The position numbers and the translations under genes were made by a program. The notes below the pieces were generated by a model that was not told the DNA's origin, searched no databases, and saw nothing but the letters and a program-made list of their open reading frames with translations. Of a DNA stretch of 64,000 nucleotides, positions 50,009-60,863 are shown piece by piece (position 1 is the stretch's first letter; each line of letters starts with the position of its first letter). The DNA comes from a bacterium (GTDB lineage Bacteria > UBA8248). The stretch is from NCBI GenBank assembly GCA_965202625.1, contig CBDBBI010000010.1:2592001-2656000 (forward strand), written 5' to 3'.

Positions 50009-52534
50009 TCAGAAGCCGGCGTTCAGTCCGGTCGTCGTCGCTGAGAAGTCCTCATCGCTGAACACCAGGTGGAACATGCCTTTGGCCGGGCCGTCGCTCA
50101 CCGTCATTGTTCCGCAGTTGAAGGCGTTTTGCAGGGTCTCCAGCACTTTGCGCTTGTAGTCGGTGTCATCGTTTCCGCGCAGGTGCGCGCCCTTGGTCTC
50201 GATGACCAAGATGTGCGACTTGCCGTCGGGCTCTCCGCCCATCGCCACGAAGTCGGGCCAGATGCGCTGCTGCCTCCAGCCCCGCAGGTAGTAATCCCCC
50301 CGCTGGCGCACGGCCACCCGGTGCCACCATCGCAACGCCTTTTGCTCGTCAAGATAACGGGCGAACTTGCGCTCCAGCTCGGTGTCGAATTGCTGCGCGA
50401 ACACCGGCTCGAAAAGGCTGAGTTGCGCTGGTTGGCCGTCGTTCCTCGCCAGCAGCCCCCACTCCTCCGATACGGAGATTTTATAGCTCTCCGCCATGCG
50501 GAAGTTGGGCGGCCCCGTTTTGAGGTCGAAGCGGATTTCGCCCTCGCGCAGTTTGCGGCGAAACGCCTCTTCCGCCTGTCGCTCCACGAGAGTGGTCACG
50601 TGTTCGCGCAGCGTGAAAGCGAGGGAGGAGCGCCGATCGTGAATGTCCGCGTCCGTCTCGCCCTTGTTCCGTAATCGGTCAATCAGTTTCTGGACGACGC
50701 GCGCCGCTTGCCACGGGTTGGGGATGACGTCGGACAGGCGACGGGCATACCATGATATTTTCACCGTCTTGTCGATATACGGTTCGTGCGCATCATGAAA
50801 AACGGGAGGAGCGTCGCCGAGGTCGACGGTCGCCGATTGCCAGCTGGCCGGTTGGGGAAGAGCTTCTCCCGGGTTCGGGGCGTCAACGGCGTCCCAGTCG
50901 ATGGCGGGCAGGATATGCCGTTGGTAGTCCAGCTCAATCCATCCCTTTCCGTCCTTGTGCTGCACGAGTGGCAGGAAAATGTCCTCCCCCCGAAACCGCT
51001 CCCGCCGCTGCGCGGGAACGGGCGGCAACTCCCCGGACGCGCCCATCACCTCGTCCATGAGACCCGTCAAGCCCTCCTGTTCCAGTCCCTTCTTGACGTT
51101 GCCGACCGCCGCGCCCACGTCGGCGTTCCAGCAATACACGTAGCACTGATCCAGCCGCTCCCGCCCCGTGCGCCGCGCATGGGGCTGGCGCATCACCCGC
51201 CCCACCAGTTGGGTGATCGCGCGCTGGGCTTGGGTGTTGTCCAGCATCACCAACAGATAGGCGAAGGGGCAGTCCCATCCTTCCATCAACGCCGCCTTGG
51301 TGATTATCCACCGCACCGGCGAGGATTCGGAGAGCAGATTCTCGCGGCCCAATTCGTCGTTCTCCGCCGACTTCACGCGCACCGCCTCGGGGGAGACGCC
51401 CAGGTTGTGAACCAGATAATCGCGCGCGTCCTCGGCGTGAACGCGCTCTCCGTCGCGCTGATCCTTACCCGTGCGTTCCACGCGCACCACCGAGATGGGA
51501 CGCACGTAGCGGCCCTCGCCGTGCTGGAGCGATTCCGCCTCCGCCGCCAGCCTCTCCAGCTCCTCGTGGGCTTGCGCCAAGGCGTATTGCCATTCGACGT
51601 TCTTGAACGAGGTCACCTGCACCGGCAGCTTTATCATCTCCTCCTCTTTCAGGGCGACGCCGGAGACGTCCGCCAGCAGGTTGCTGACGCCCCGGTTCGG
51701 CGTGGCGGACAGTTCGAGCACCAGCCTGGGATTCAGGCGATTCACGGAGCGGACGAACTCATCGTTTGCTTCTTTCCTTGGTCCGTAGGCCTTGTGCGCC
51801 TCGTCCAACACCACCACAGGGCGCAGCGTCTTGAATACGTTGAACAGGCTGTGCTTGACGGGCCCGTTTTTCGAGGCGCGTTCAAGATACGGATGGTCGC
51901 GCAGCAGGCGGCCTTCCCCCAGCGCGTCGTCCGCATCCGGAAAGAGCGTGGGATACCGCCCGGAATCCCGAAACATCCGGAGGAATTCCCTGCCCTTTCG
52001 CCGGTTGGCGGCGGGCAGCATCAGCAGCATCACGCACAGATAATGGGCGACGTCGGAGGCGGTGAACGGGTCGTCCTTCTCCAGCAGTTTGACGCGCCCG
52101 CCGCTGGCGCGCTCCAGCATCTGCCGGTAGGGATGCTCCCTGCTCCAAAGAGCAGTCTTGGTCTGTTCGTAGATGGCGCGGGTCGGCGTTATCCAGAGCG
52201 TGAGCCCGGCTTGTCGGTTCAGCCGCTCCAGGGCGGCGGCGGCGAGCAGCGTCTTGCCCCCGCCGGTTGGCACCTTGAAGCAGACGTGCGGAATGGGGCG
52301 TCCTGCCCCGTCCGTGCGGCTCACGTAGTCGCCTGCGGTTTCCGCCACGCCGCCGATTTTCGCCAGTTTTTGCCAAGCGGTTTTGGGGTGGTTGCGCACG
52401 TCGTCGGGAACGTCGGCGTTGGCGTCCCGCAACGCTTTGGCGGCTTGCGCGGATCTGATCCGCTGCTCCTCCAGCGCGTTGTGCCAGCGGACGAAAGCCT
52501 TTAGGACGGCCACCTGGTATTCTTTCAGCTCCAT
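50009..52534 (-). CDS. Type III restriction enzyme Res subunit
   Basis: VPTGGGKT, DEAH, SAT, EGWD, QLVGRVMR, C-terminal WPDF..IETKG nuclease motif. Confidence 0.92.
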   Translation of the reverse strand: MELKEYQVAVLKAFVRWHNALEEQRIRSAQAAKALRDANADVPDDVRNHPKTAWQKLAKIGGVAETAGDYVSRTDGAGRPIPHVCFKVPTGGGKTLLAAAALERLNRQAGLTLWITPTRAIYEQTKTALWSREHPYRQMLERASGGRVKLLEKDDPFTASDVAHYLCVMLLMLPAANRRKGREFLRMFRDSGRYPTLFPDADDALGEGRLLRDHPYLERASKNGPVKHSLFNVFKTLRPVVVLDEAHKAYGPRKEANDEFVRSVNRLNPRLVLELSATPNRGVSNLLADVSGVALKEEEMIKLPVQVTSFKNVEWQYALAQAHEELERLAAEAESLQHGEGRYVRPISVVRVERTGKDQRDGERVHAEDARDYLVHNLGVSPEAVRVKSAENDELGRENLLSESSPVRWIITKAALMEGWDCPFAYLLVMLDNTQAQRAITQLVGRVMRQPHARRTGRERLDQCYVYCWNADVGAAVGNVKKGLEQEGLTGLMDEVMGASGELPPVPAQRRERFRGEDIFLPLVQHKDGKGWIELDYQRHILPAIDWDAVDAPNPGEALPQPASWQSATVDLGDAPPVFHDAHEPYIDKTVKISWYARRLSDVIPNPWQAARVVQKLIDRLRNKGETDADIHDRRSSLAFTLREHVTTLVERQAEEAFRRKLREGEIRFDLKTGPPNFRMAESYKISVSEEWGLLARNDGQPAQLSLFEPVFAQQFDTELERKFARYLDEQKALRWWHRVAVRQRGDYYLRGWRQQRIWPDFVAMGGEPDGKSHILVIETKGAHLRGNDDTDYKRKVLETLQNAFNCGTMTVSDGPAKGMFHLVFSDEDFSATTTGLNAGF

Positions 52535-52540
52535 CGTCCG

Positions 52541-54369
52541 CTATCCCGCCTGGTGCAGTTCATAAGGCAGTTGGCAGAAGGTGACGCCCATGTGCGTGAG
52601 CGCGCGCTGGCCGACGTATTTGCCCGCTCCGAAGACGATGGCCGTTTTCTCGTCTCGCCGGCTGGCCTCGCCGATGCGCTCCGCCCGTTCCTCGTTCAGT
52701 ATCGCCTCGTTGCCGCGCAGGTAATCCGCGTCGGGTTCGTAGAGAAGGTAGTAGTCGGTCGCGTCGCCTCGATGAAACAGGCCGTCCTCGTTCAGACGCT
52801 CCAGGGCGTTCGCGCCGCTGGATGCTCCGCAAGCCGTGTGCAGAAGCCAGGCGGCCAGGGCGGAGTAGGTCGGCAGGGCGTCTCCCCTGAGCATCCCCTC
52901 AATCGTTATCGGCGCGCCCAAAGTGCAATAGGTGAACGCGCCGCCCAGACCCTCTCTGAGGGATTCGTCCTTCGCCCCCGGCACGCCCCTGATGACGCGC
53001 CGCACCCGCTCGGCGGTGATGGAATCCGCGTAATCCTCGCATTCGATGAGAATGAACCTGCGGTTTCCGCCGTCCTCCTTGTTCAGGGCGAGAACGGCGT
53101 GGGCCGTCGTGCCCGAACCGGCGAAGGAGTCTAGGACGATGTCGCCGGGGCCAACGTTCGCGAATCGAAGTAGATCCGCCACAAATGGAACTGCTTTAGG
53201 GAAGTCAAACAACCTTTGTCCATCGAATATGGTCTTGATGGTGTTGGTTCCGTTCGCCGCTGAGTATTGCGTTTTGTTCCATAGCGAGGTGGGTTTTTCT
53301 CTGAAATTGCCGTCCGCGTCACTTGGACGAATTTTTATGGTGAACTGATATCCCATCCTTTTGTGCGGCTTGATCAGCAGATTATGCGGCTCTCTTTCTA
53401 TTTTTTGCTTTCCCCACCGCCAAACGGCCGCTTTCCCCTGCCCGTCCGTAGGATAAATTTCCGTGTTTGAAGACGAGCGCCGCTTGGTAGATATGGAAAG
53501 GTCAGTTCCTATAAAGATCGGAAAATGCAGATTGGGGCGGTCCTCGGGAGTTCCGCTCATTCCTATTCGGACGAGCCCGCTTCCCAAGCGATAATCGCCT
53601 CTTTTGTCCTTGTACCATCCTTCTTTCGGCGGGGTTTTTATGAACGTCCCCATATTTACTCGGGATGCGTCTTTTGCAAAAATGTGAACGTGTTCATTCA
53701 CTTCCCGCAGCCATTTTCCCGACACCGCCCCAAGATTCTGAATCAGGACAAGCGTGTCCAGAAAGTTATTCTCCCCGAATATCTCCTCCATAATACCCAG
53801 GAGTCGCCATTGTTCATGATCGTCAATGGAGACGAAAATCACGCCGTCATCTGCCAATAGTTCCTTGAGCAGATGCAGTCTTGGCCACATCATGCAGAGC
53901 CATTTGTCGTGGCGTTCGAGGTCTTCTCCGTCAACGGGGCTGTTCTGGGCGAACCACGCTTGCATCAGCGGGCTGTTCACGCGGTCGTTATACACCCAGG
54001 CTTGGCTTCCCGTGTTGTAGGGCGGGTCGATATAGACGCACTTGATTTTGCCGGCGTAGCGGGGAAGGAGCGCCTTCAGGGCGTGCAGATTGTCCCCGTG
54101 GATGATATAATTATTTTCTGGCTCTCTGCTCTCTGCTCTCTGCTCTCTGCTCTCTGCTCTCTGCTCTCTGCTCTCTGCTCTCTGCTCTCTGCTCTCTGCT
54201 CTCTGCTCTCTGCTCTCTGCTCTCTGCTCTCTGCTCTCTGCTCTCTGCTATGAGACAGTGCGTCGCCGCATTCTGCGGATTTGGCTTCGTCGGAAACCAG
54301 CGGTCGGTAGGGAACGGTGAGGTGGTGGGCGTAAACGTGCTGCTTGCCCTTGAAGTCAATCGTGGGCAT
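52541..54369 (-). CDS. mod: Type III Mod methyltransferase, phase-variable, out of frame (OFF) in this sequence
   Basis: MPTIDFKGKQ start, repeat tract, then IIHGDNLHALKALLP..YIDPPYNTG and LDSFAGSGTT in a different frame; span is 1829 nt. Confidence 0.88.
54121..54249 (+). repeat. Simple sequence repeat (GCTCTCT)x18 plus GCT inside the mod 5' region
   Basis: Counted directly: 129 nt perfect run. Confidence 0.97.
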
Positions 54370-54564
54370 CGCGCGGAATCTCCCCTTGAAGTGAGCGCGC
54401 AAGGTAGCAGAGTCGGAAGAAGCGGGCAACGCCCGGCGGCTTAGGAGGACCGCAGACACCTTCGCCCGTCTTGATATTTCGCGCGCCTGTTGTATGATGA
54501 TGTGGGTGAGGAAGAGAAACCGCCCATTTCAGCAGGCGCATTAAGCGCACGCGGAGACGTTCCG

Positions 54565-55047
54565 GTGGCGCGTCAACTCTCTCATGTGGATGGGCAAGGT
54601 CGCGCCCGAATGGTGGACGTAGGCGAGAAGCCGCTCACCCATAGGGAGGCTGTGGCCCGCGGCCGGTTGGAGATGGCACCCGATACGTTGCGCCTCATCA
54701 TGACCGGCGGCGTCCCCAAGGGCGACGTCCTGGGCGTGGCGCGCGTCGCCGGCGTCATGGCGGCGAAGGGGTGCGCGAACCTCATTCCGATGTGCCACCC
54801 GCTGCGCATATCGAGCGTGGAGATCGATTTCTCCGCCGATGCGCCGGCCGGCGCGCTCCGCATTGAAGCCGCCGTGCGCGCCGAGGACAGGACGGGTGTG
54901 GAGATGGAAGCCTTGACGGCTGTGAGCGTGGCAGGCCTGACCGTCTACGATATGTGCAAGGCGGTGGACAGGGGAATGACGCTCGCAGAAGTCCGGCTGG
55001 TGCGGAAAACAGGCGGAAAAAGTGGAGATTACGTTGTCGATCCATAG
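54565..55047 (+). CDS. moaC: Cyclic pyranopterin monophosphate synthase
   Basis: LSHVD..ARMVDVGEK, KGDVL, LIPMCHP, TGVEMEAL, YDMCKAVD, KTGGKSG. Confidence 0.96.
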   Translation: MARQLSHVDGQGRARMVDVGEKPLTHREAVARGRLEMAPDTLRLIMTGGVPKGDVLGVARVAGVMAAKGCANLIPMCHPLRISSVEIDFSADAPAGALRIEAAVRAEDRTGVEMEALTAVSVAGLTVYDMCKAVDRGMTLAEVRLVRKTGGKSGDYVVDP

Positions 55048-55095
55048 CGTTCGCGCATTCTTTGTTTTGCATACGACGTCGCGGGAGGGGGGCGC

Positions 55096-56166
55096 ATGAA
55101 CAAGAAATCCATGCGGAAGGCGCCGCCTGAGAAGAGTGCGAGGCCGCGTTTGTTGACTTTGGCCTCGGGCGTTCTTTTCATTCTCCTTTGCGGAGGCTTG
55201 GGCGCGGCGCTCGGCGCGGTGCTCATCGCGCCCGGGTGGGCGGCTGCGGCTGGTCTTGCAACCGGCGTCTTGGCGGGCGTCCTTGTCCTCGCCCTCGCCA
55301 GAGAACTCGCCAAGGCCGGCGTCGGCGCGCTGGCAGGAGGGGCGGCCGGCCTGCTCCTCGGCCTTGCGGCCTCCTTGCTGCTCATCGCTGTCGTTGGGGA
55401 GGCGCTTCCGCGCGGCGTCCGTCCCCTGGCCGGCGCCTCCTTCGGCTTGCTTCTCGCCTATCTGGGCGCTTTCCTCGGTGCGGTGGCGGGAGGGGGGTAT
55501 GACCATCCCGCCCGGCGCGAAAAGGGGGCGGCCGAGAAGAAGCGCGACCGGGCGAAGATTCTCGATACCAGCGTCATCATCGACGGGCGCGTCGCGGATG
55601 TTTGCGAGGCGGGCTTCGTCGAGGGCCCCTTGGTGCTGCCTCAGTTTGTGCTCAAGGAATTACAGCAGATCGCGGATTCGTCCGATTCCCTCAAGCGCAA
55701 CCGCGGCCGTCGCGGTCTCGACGTCCTCCAACGCATGCAAAAAAACCAGGACCTCGACATTCAGATTCTGGAGACGGATTTTCCCCGCGTGAAAGAGGTG
55801 GACACCAAGCTCGTGCTCCTGGGCAAGGAGATATGCGGCATGGTGATGACCAACGATTTCAACCTGAACAAGGTGGCGGAGCTGCAGGGGGTGCGGGTTC
55901 TGAACATCAACGAGCTGGCGAACGCTGTGCGGCCCGTCGTTCTGCCCGGCGAGGAAATGAGTGTGTTCGTGGTCAAGGAGGGAAAGGAGCACAACCAGGG
56001 CGTCGGCTATCTGGACGATGGAACCATGGTGGTGGTGGATCACGCGCGCGCTCGGATTGGCCAGCAAGTCTCCGTCTCTGTGACGAGCGTCTTGCAGACG
56101 ACCGCTGGACGGATGATTTTCACGAAAATACGAGATGAAGCCAAAACCTCACGAAACGGCGCCTGA
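55096..56166 (+). CDS. Membrane PIN/TRAM-domain protein (YacL family)
   Basis: TM region, [42 protein letters not shown]; precedes ispD. Confidence 0.92.
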   Translation: MNKKSMRKAPPEKSARPRLLTLASGVLFILLCGGLGAALGAVLIAPGWAAAAGLATGVLAGVLVLALARELAKAGVGALAGGAAGLLLGLAASLLLIAVVGEALPRGVRPLAGASFGLLLAYLGAFLGAVAGGGYDHPARREKGAAEKKRDRAKILDTSVIIDGRVADVCEAGFVEGPLVLPQFVLKELQQIADSSDSLKRNRGRRGLDVLQRMQKNQDLDIQILETDFPRVKEVDTKLVLLGKEICGMVMTNDFNLNKVAELQGVRVLNINELANAVRPVVLPGEEMSVFVVKEGKEHNQGVGYLDDGTMVVVDHARARIGQQVSVSVTSVLQTTAGRMIFTKIRDEAKTSRNGA

Positions 56167-56181
56167 ACGCGCCCCGCGCCC

Positions 56182-56901
56182 GTGTTGCCGCATCCCGATC
56201 AGGTAGCGGCTATCGTTCCCGCCGCGGGGCAGAGCGCGCGCCTGCCCGGAACGGCAGCAAAGCAGTTCCGAAACCTCGCGGGAGTCCCCCTGTTTCATCA
56301 CGCCCTCTCTCGCGTTGCGTGCTCGGGCCTGGTCGGTGCGATCGTCCTAGTGGTCCCCCCCTCTTTGAACCCGCCGGCTCTTCCCGACGGAATGGGCGTG
56401 GACGTGAAAATTGTGGAAGGTGGCGCGCGCCGGCAGGATTCCGTGCGCAACGGGCTGGCCGCACTCCGTGACGACGCAGCGTGGGTGGTCGTGCACGACG
56501 GGGCGCGGCCTCTTTTGCCGCAGGGCCTCGTGGAGCGATGCCTGCTCGCCGCAGCCGAAACGGGAGCGAGCGCGGCCGCTTTGCGCGTGGTGGACACGGT
56601 GAAGGTGGGCGACGCTGAGGGTTACGTCGAGAGGACGCGCCCGCGCGAGGGACTCTGGCTCGCCCAGACGCCCCAGGTGGCGCGTCGGGAGTTGCTCGCT
56701 CGCGCGTTGACGTGGGCCGAGGCAAACCGCTTCAACGGGACGGACGAGGCGGCGTTGTTGGAGGCGACGGGCGTCCGTGTGAAGCTTGTGGAGAGCTGCG
56801 CGGAGAACCTCAAGGTGACGATGCCCCAAGACCTGCAGTGTGCGGAGTGGTTGCTAGGTGCGGAAAAACGCTTTGGGCGGCGGCGATTTTCTTGGATATG
56901 A
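56182..56901 (+). CDS. ispD: 2-C-methyl-D-erythritol 4-phosphate cytidylyltransferase
   Basis: AAGQSAR..KQF, GGARRQDSV, VHDGARP, AQTPQ, NLKVT. Confidence 0.93.
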   Translation: MLPHPDQVAAIVPAAGQSARLPGTAAKQFRNLAGVPLFHHALSRVACSGLVGAIVLVVPPSLNPPALPDGMGVDVKIVEGGARRQDSVRNGLAALRDDAAWVVVHDGARPLLPQGLVERCLLAAAETGASAAALRVVDTVKVGDAEGYVERTRPREGLWLAQTPQVARRELLARALTWAEANRFNGTDEAALLEATGVRVKLVESCAENLKVTMPQDLQCAEWLLGAEKRFGRRRFSWI

Positions 56902-56980
56902 GGCTCGGTTGAGCACAGGTTCTGAGATCGCGTCTTTCAAGGAGTGCACCGCGCGTGAACGACATTGGGAGGAGATTCTC

Positions 56981-57463
56981 TTGATCCGCATCGGTGTGGG
57001 CTACGATGTCCATCGTTTCGAGGTGGGCCGTAATCTCATACTCGGCGGCGTTGAAATTTCCCATGAGCGGGGCCTGGGCGGGCACTCCGACGCCGATGTG
57101 CTCACCCACGCGATTTGCGACGCGCTGCTGGGCGCGGCGGCTCTGGGCGACATTGGCGTCCACTTTCCCGACACGGACGAGGCGTATCGGGGCGCGGACA
57201 GCCAGATGCTTCTAGCGCGCGTGGTGGAGCTTCTGGCGAAATCCGGTATGAGACCCCAGAACGTGGACGCCGTGGTCGTGGCGCAAAGGCCGAATCTGGC
57301 TCCGCACGTCCCCGCGATACGAGAAGTTCTCTCCGCCACGCTGGGCCTCTCCCTTGGCCTAGTGAGCGTCAAGGCGACCACGAGTGAGGGCCTGGGTTTT
57401 GCTGGGCGCGAGGAGGGGGTGGCGGCCCAGGCGGTTTGCACGATAAGGACGGATTCTCCTTGA
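56981..57463 (+). CDS. ispF: 2-C-methyl-D-erythritol 2,4-cyclodiphosphate synthase
   Basis: RIGVGYDVHRF, HSDADV, GDIGVHFPD, KATTSEGLGF.GREEG. Confidence 0.96.
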   Translation: MIRIGVGYDVHRFEVGRNLILGGVEISHERGLGGHSDADVLTHAICDALLGAAALGDIGVHFPDTDEAYRGADSQMLLARVVELLAKSGMRPQNVDAVVVAQRPNLAPHVPAIREVLSATLGLSLGLVSVKATTSEGLGFAGREEGVAAQAVCTIRTDSP

Positions 57464-57558
57464 CGCCCTTCCCCAGGACATGACAAGTTTCTGCCCGAAC
57501 CCGGCCCCGTAGAGCCGTCTTTATCCCGCGCGCCGCCGCGGATCTTGGAGAGAGTCGC

Positions 57559-59019
57559 TTGGGTGTTCGTCTATACAATACGCTGACGCGGAAAAAGGAG
57601 CCCTTTGAGCCCCGAGAGGCCGGCCGCGTGGGGATGTACGTGTGCGGAGTGACGGTGTATGACCATTGCCATCTCGGACACGCGCGCGCGTCCATCGTCT
57701 TCGACGTCATTCGCCGCTACCTCGAATATCGGGGCTACGAGGTGCGCTTCGTGTGCAACTTCACGGACGTGGACGACAAGATCATCGCGCGCGCCAGGCG
57801 CCTGAAGGTCTCCATCGGCGAGCTGACCGAGAAATTTATCGGCGAATACTACGCCGACATGGACGCCCTTGGCGTCCGGCGGGCGGACGTCGCGCCCCGC
57901 GCCACGGAAAACGTCGAAGGTATGATTGACATGATCTCCAAACTGCTCGACAAGGGCGTCGCCTACGAGGCGGCGGGCAACGTGTATTACAAGGTGGATA
58001 AATTTTTGGACTACGGGAAGCTGTCGGGTCGGAACACCGAGGAACTGGAGGCGGGCTACCGGATAGAGATTGGCGCGGGCAAGCGCGACCCGCTCGACTT
58101 CGCCCTTTGGAAGGCGGCGAAGCCCGGCGAGCCGGAGTGGGAGAGTCCCTGGGGGAGGGGGCGGCCGGGCTGGCACATCGAATGTTCCGTCATGTCGAGC
58201 CGCTACCTAGGCGAGCGGTTCGACGTGCATGGCGGCGGCGAGGACTTGATATTTCCCCACCATGAGAACGAGATAGCCCAGAGCGAGGGCTGTTTCGGCC
58301 ACGACTGGGTGCGCTATTGGGTGCACAACGGCTTCGTTCGAATCAATCACGAGAAGATGAGCAAGTCGAAAGGGAATTTCTTCACCGTCAAGGCGATTCT
58401 CAAGGACTACCCCCCCGAGGTGATTCGATATTTCTTGCTCGGGACGCACTACCGCCATCCGGTGGATTATTCGGATCAGGTGGTGGGAGAGGCGCGAAAG
58501 GGGCTGGACCGCCTTTACAACGTGCGGCTGCGGCTCACCCGAAGCGGCGGGGAGAAAGCCGGGGACTGGCGCGAAAGGGTAGAGGAGGCCGTCGCCTCGT
58601 TTCGCGCCCGCTTCATCGAGGCTATGGACGATGACTTCAACACCGCGCGCGCCCTCGGGTATTTTTTTGACTTCGCGCGACGGATAAACGGCCTCATCAA
58701 CGAGGCGGGGATGTTGCCGGAGGAGGCGGCCGTGCCCGCGCGCGAGGTTTTCGAGGAGGTGGGCGCCGTCGTGGGACTTTTCTCCCACGCCCCGCATGAT
58801 TGGTTTCGAAGCGCCGCAGACGCCGCGCTCGCCGAACGAGACGGCTCTTTAAACGGCGCCTTGTGCAACGAGGAGATCGAGGAGTTGTTGTCTAGACGCG
58901 CGCGCGCGCGCGCGAACAAGGATTTTCCGGAGGCTGACAGAATCAGGGCGGAGCTCGCCCAGGCCGGCGTCATTCTCGAGGATGGCCCCCAAGGCACCTT
59001 GTGGAAGCGAAGAACTTGA
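57559..59019 (+). CDS. cysS: Cysteine--tRNA ligase
   Basis: CGVTVYDHCHLGH, GRPGWHIECS, FPHHENE, KMSKS. Confidence 0.97.
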   Translation: MGVRLYNTLTRKKEPFEPREAGRVGMYVCGVTVYDHCHLGHARASIVFDVIRRYLEYRGYEVRFVCNFTDVDDKIIARARRLKVSIGELTEKFIGEYYADMDALGVRRADVAPRATENVEGMIDMISKLLDKGVAYEAAGNVYYKVDKFLDYGKLSGRNTEELEAGYRIEIGAGKRDPLDFALWKAAKPGEPEWESPWGRGRPGWHIECSVMSSRYLGERFDVHGGGEDLIFPHHENEIAQSEGCFGHDWVRYWVHNGFVRINHEKMSKSKGNFFTVKAILKDYPPEVIRYFLLGTHYRHPVDYSDQVVGEARKGLDRLYNVRLRLTRSGGEKAGDWRERVEEAVASFRARFIEAMDDDFNTARALGYFFDFARRINGLINEAGMLPEEAAVPAREVFEEVGAVVGLFSHAPHDWFRSAADAALAERDGSLNGALCNEEIEELLSRRARARANKDFPEADRIRAELAQAGVILEDGPQGTLWKRRT

Positions 59020-59179
59020 CTATGAGGATGATGCAAAGCTAGGCGGCGGGAGCGGTCGTTGGGTGTCCAGTCTCTCGTTCGCGTGAACATCACGGAGTCC
59101 GCAGGCGCGCGGGCGGAGGCGTCGAGAAAAGGCGCGGGCCATGCTCCGCGCCGTCTCCTGCCCAGTAGAAGGGCGTAAA

Positions 59180-59962
59180 ATGGGATCCGCTCCGGAGCAC
59201 GTGTGTGGAGTGCACAGCGTGCTGGCGGCTTTGGAGCGAGGGCCGCAGCGCGTCAGGTGCTTGTTCGTCGCCGGAGGGCGAAGAGGCCGCAGAGTGGCCG
59301 AGGCGGTGCGGATCGCCGAGGCGCGCCGCGTTCCCGTCGAATCGCTTTCACCTGAGCGGCTTGCCCGCAAAGCCGCTACCGTCAAGCACCAAAACTTGGT
59401 CGCGGAGGTGTGCCCCACGCCACTGCTCGCGCTTGATGCGTTGCTCTCGGCGCAGCCGGCGCCGGCCCCTCCCATCCTGCTGCTCGATCGGGTGCAGGAC
59501 CCGAGAAATTTTGGTGCCATCTTGCGGAGCGCGGCGGCTCTGGGCGCAGGCGGCGTCGTCTGGTCGAAGGACGGTGCCGTGGGCCTCACGCCCATCGCGG
59601 CGAAAGCGGCCTCGGGTGCCATCGAGATTTTGCCGCTCGCTCGCGTGGCGAATTTGGCCCGCGCGGTCTCGCGCCTCAAGGAGGCCGGCTACTGGACTCT
59701 GGCGGCGGATGCGCGTGGCGAGAAGTCTCTGGGCGTTGACGCGCCCCCCTTGCCGTGCGGGTTGGTGATTGGATCGGAGGGCGGGGGAGTGCGGCCGCTT
59801 GTGCGCAAGAATTGCGATGCGCGCGTGAGGATACCTATGGATCAGGGAGCGGTATCTTCCCTGAACGCCTCGGTTGCCGCGGCAATTCTGCTGTATGACC
59901 TCCGCCGCGCGGCCGAATCGACGAAGGATAGTAGAATATGTGCGCAAGGCGACGAAAAATAA
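59180..59962 (+). CDS. rlmB: 23S rRNA Gm2251 methyltransferase (TrmH family)
   Basis: QDPRNFGAILRSA, IGSEGGG, SSLNASVAA; follows cysS. Confidence 0.88.
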   Translation: MGSAPEHVCGVHSVLAALERGPQRVRCLFVAGGRRGRRVAEAVRIAEARRVPVESLSPERLARKAATVKHQNLVAEVCPTPLLALDALLSAQPAPAPPILLLDRVQDPRNFGAILRSAAALGAGGVVWSKDGAVGLTPIAAKAASGAIEILPLARVANLARAVSRLKEAGYWTLAADARGEKSLGVDAPPLPCGLVIGSEGGGVRPLVRKNCDARVRIPMDQGAVSSLNASVAAAILLYDLRRAAESTKDSRICAQGDEK

Positions 59963-60215
59963 CCTAGGGAGCGATTTCGGCATCGAGCTTGTGAGGCGCT
60001 GGCTGAGTTCCTCTGTTAGGACGACCGCCTGCTCGCCGATTTGTGGCTTGTGAGGGAGCGGAAACGCCATGGCGATTTGCAGGAACTTGCTAAAACCCTG
60101 GGTGTTGCGCAAATTGTTTCCCCGACGTGAGGCGGCGCGGCGATTCTCTCCACCAACCCTGAAAATGCGCTCTTTCCTTGCCTGCGCCTTCCGACTCAAG
60201 GGGATAAAAAGGGGG

Positions 60216-60244
60216 TTGACAAGGCGGGCTTTGGCGCCTATCTT
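60216..60244 (+). promoter_or_regulatory. Sigma-70 promoter of the tRNA-tuf operon
   Basis: TTGACA-17 nt-TATCTT, 15 nt before tRNA-Thr. Confidence 0.75.
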
Positions 60245-60259
60245 AATTTGCCTTTGTCG

Positions 60260-60335
60260 GCTGGCGTAGCTCAGTGGGTAGAGCGGCTGATTTGTAATCA
60301 GTAGGTCGGAGGTTCGAGTCCTCTCGCCAGCTCCA
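60260..60335 (+). tRNA. tRNA-Thr(TGT)
   Basis: GCTGGCG/CGCCAGC acceptor stem, anticodon loop TTTGTAA, GTTCGAG, CCA. Confidence 0.97.
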
Positions 60336-60470
60336 TGGCGGAGTGGATTCCCGAAAGCCCCAAAGGGCGATCCGCCCCCTGGACCTTTGTCCCGTCTCTC
60401 CCCTCTTCGCGTTTTTGGGGCGCGGCGGATTCGACGAAGGTTTGGTTTTTTGACGAACGGCGGGTTTCGG

Positions 60471-60555
60471 GGGGAGGTTCCCGAGTGGCCAAAGGGATCA
60501 GACTGTAAATCTGACGGCTCAGCCTTCGGAGGTTCGAATCCTCCCCTCCCCACCA
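60471..60555 (+). tRNA. tRNA-Tyr(GTA)
   Basis: GGGGAGG/CCTCCCC, loop CTGTAAA, long variable arm, CCA. Confidence 0.97.
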
Positions 60556-60602
60556 ACTGACACATCGTTGCGGCGGCAGGGAAGAGCGTTTTCGATTCAG
60601 AG

Positions 60603-60678
60603 GCGGGAATAGCTCAGTTGGTAGAGCATCAGCCTTCCAAGCTGAGGGTCGCGGGTTCGAGCCCCGTTTCCCGCTCCA
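60603..60678 (+). tRNA. tRNA-Gly(TCC)
   Basis: GCGGGAA/TTCCCGC, loop CTTCCAA, CCA. Confidence 0.97.
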
Positions 60679-60863
60679 AGACTATTCGAGGCTTTATCTG
60701 CACCTTTTTTTCGATAGATCGAACATTTATTTTTCGCGGCTCCGGGTTGCTCTGGTTGAAGTTGGTTGTATCATCCGTTGAGGGAGAACCTTCGTGCTCA
60801 TCATCCATGAGAGGTTCTTCTGGGTAAAATAAAATGTATTCTTCGCGACTGTGACGTAAGCCA

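Noticed and set aside
50786-52504. 572 aa plus-strand ORF
   Set aside because: Antisense shadow of the Res gene in GC-rich DNA, with no recognisable motifs.
54121-54249. Repeat as a CRISPR array or a SREQRAE repeat protein
   Set aside because: No spacers or cas genes. It is a 7-bp simple repeat inside mod.
60336-60470. Spacer stretch GGATTCCCGAAAGCCCCAAAGGG resembling the tRNA-Tyr 5' half
   Set aside because: Short, weak similarity with no cloverleaf, so I cannot call it a tRNA remnant.
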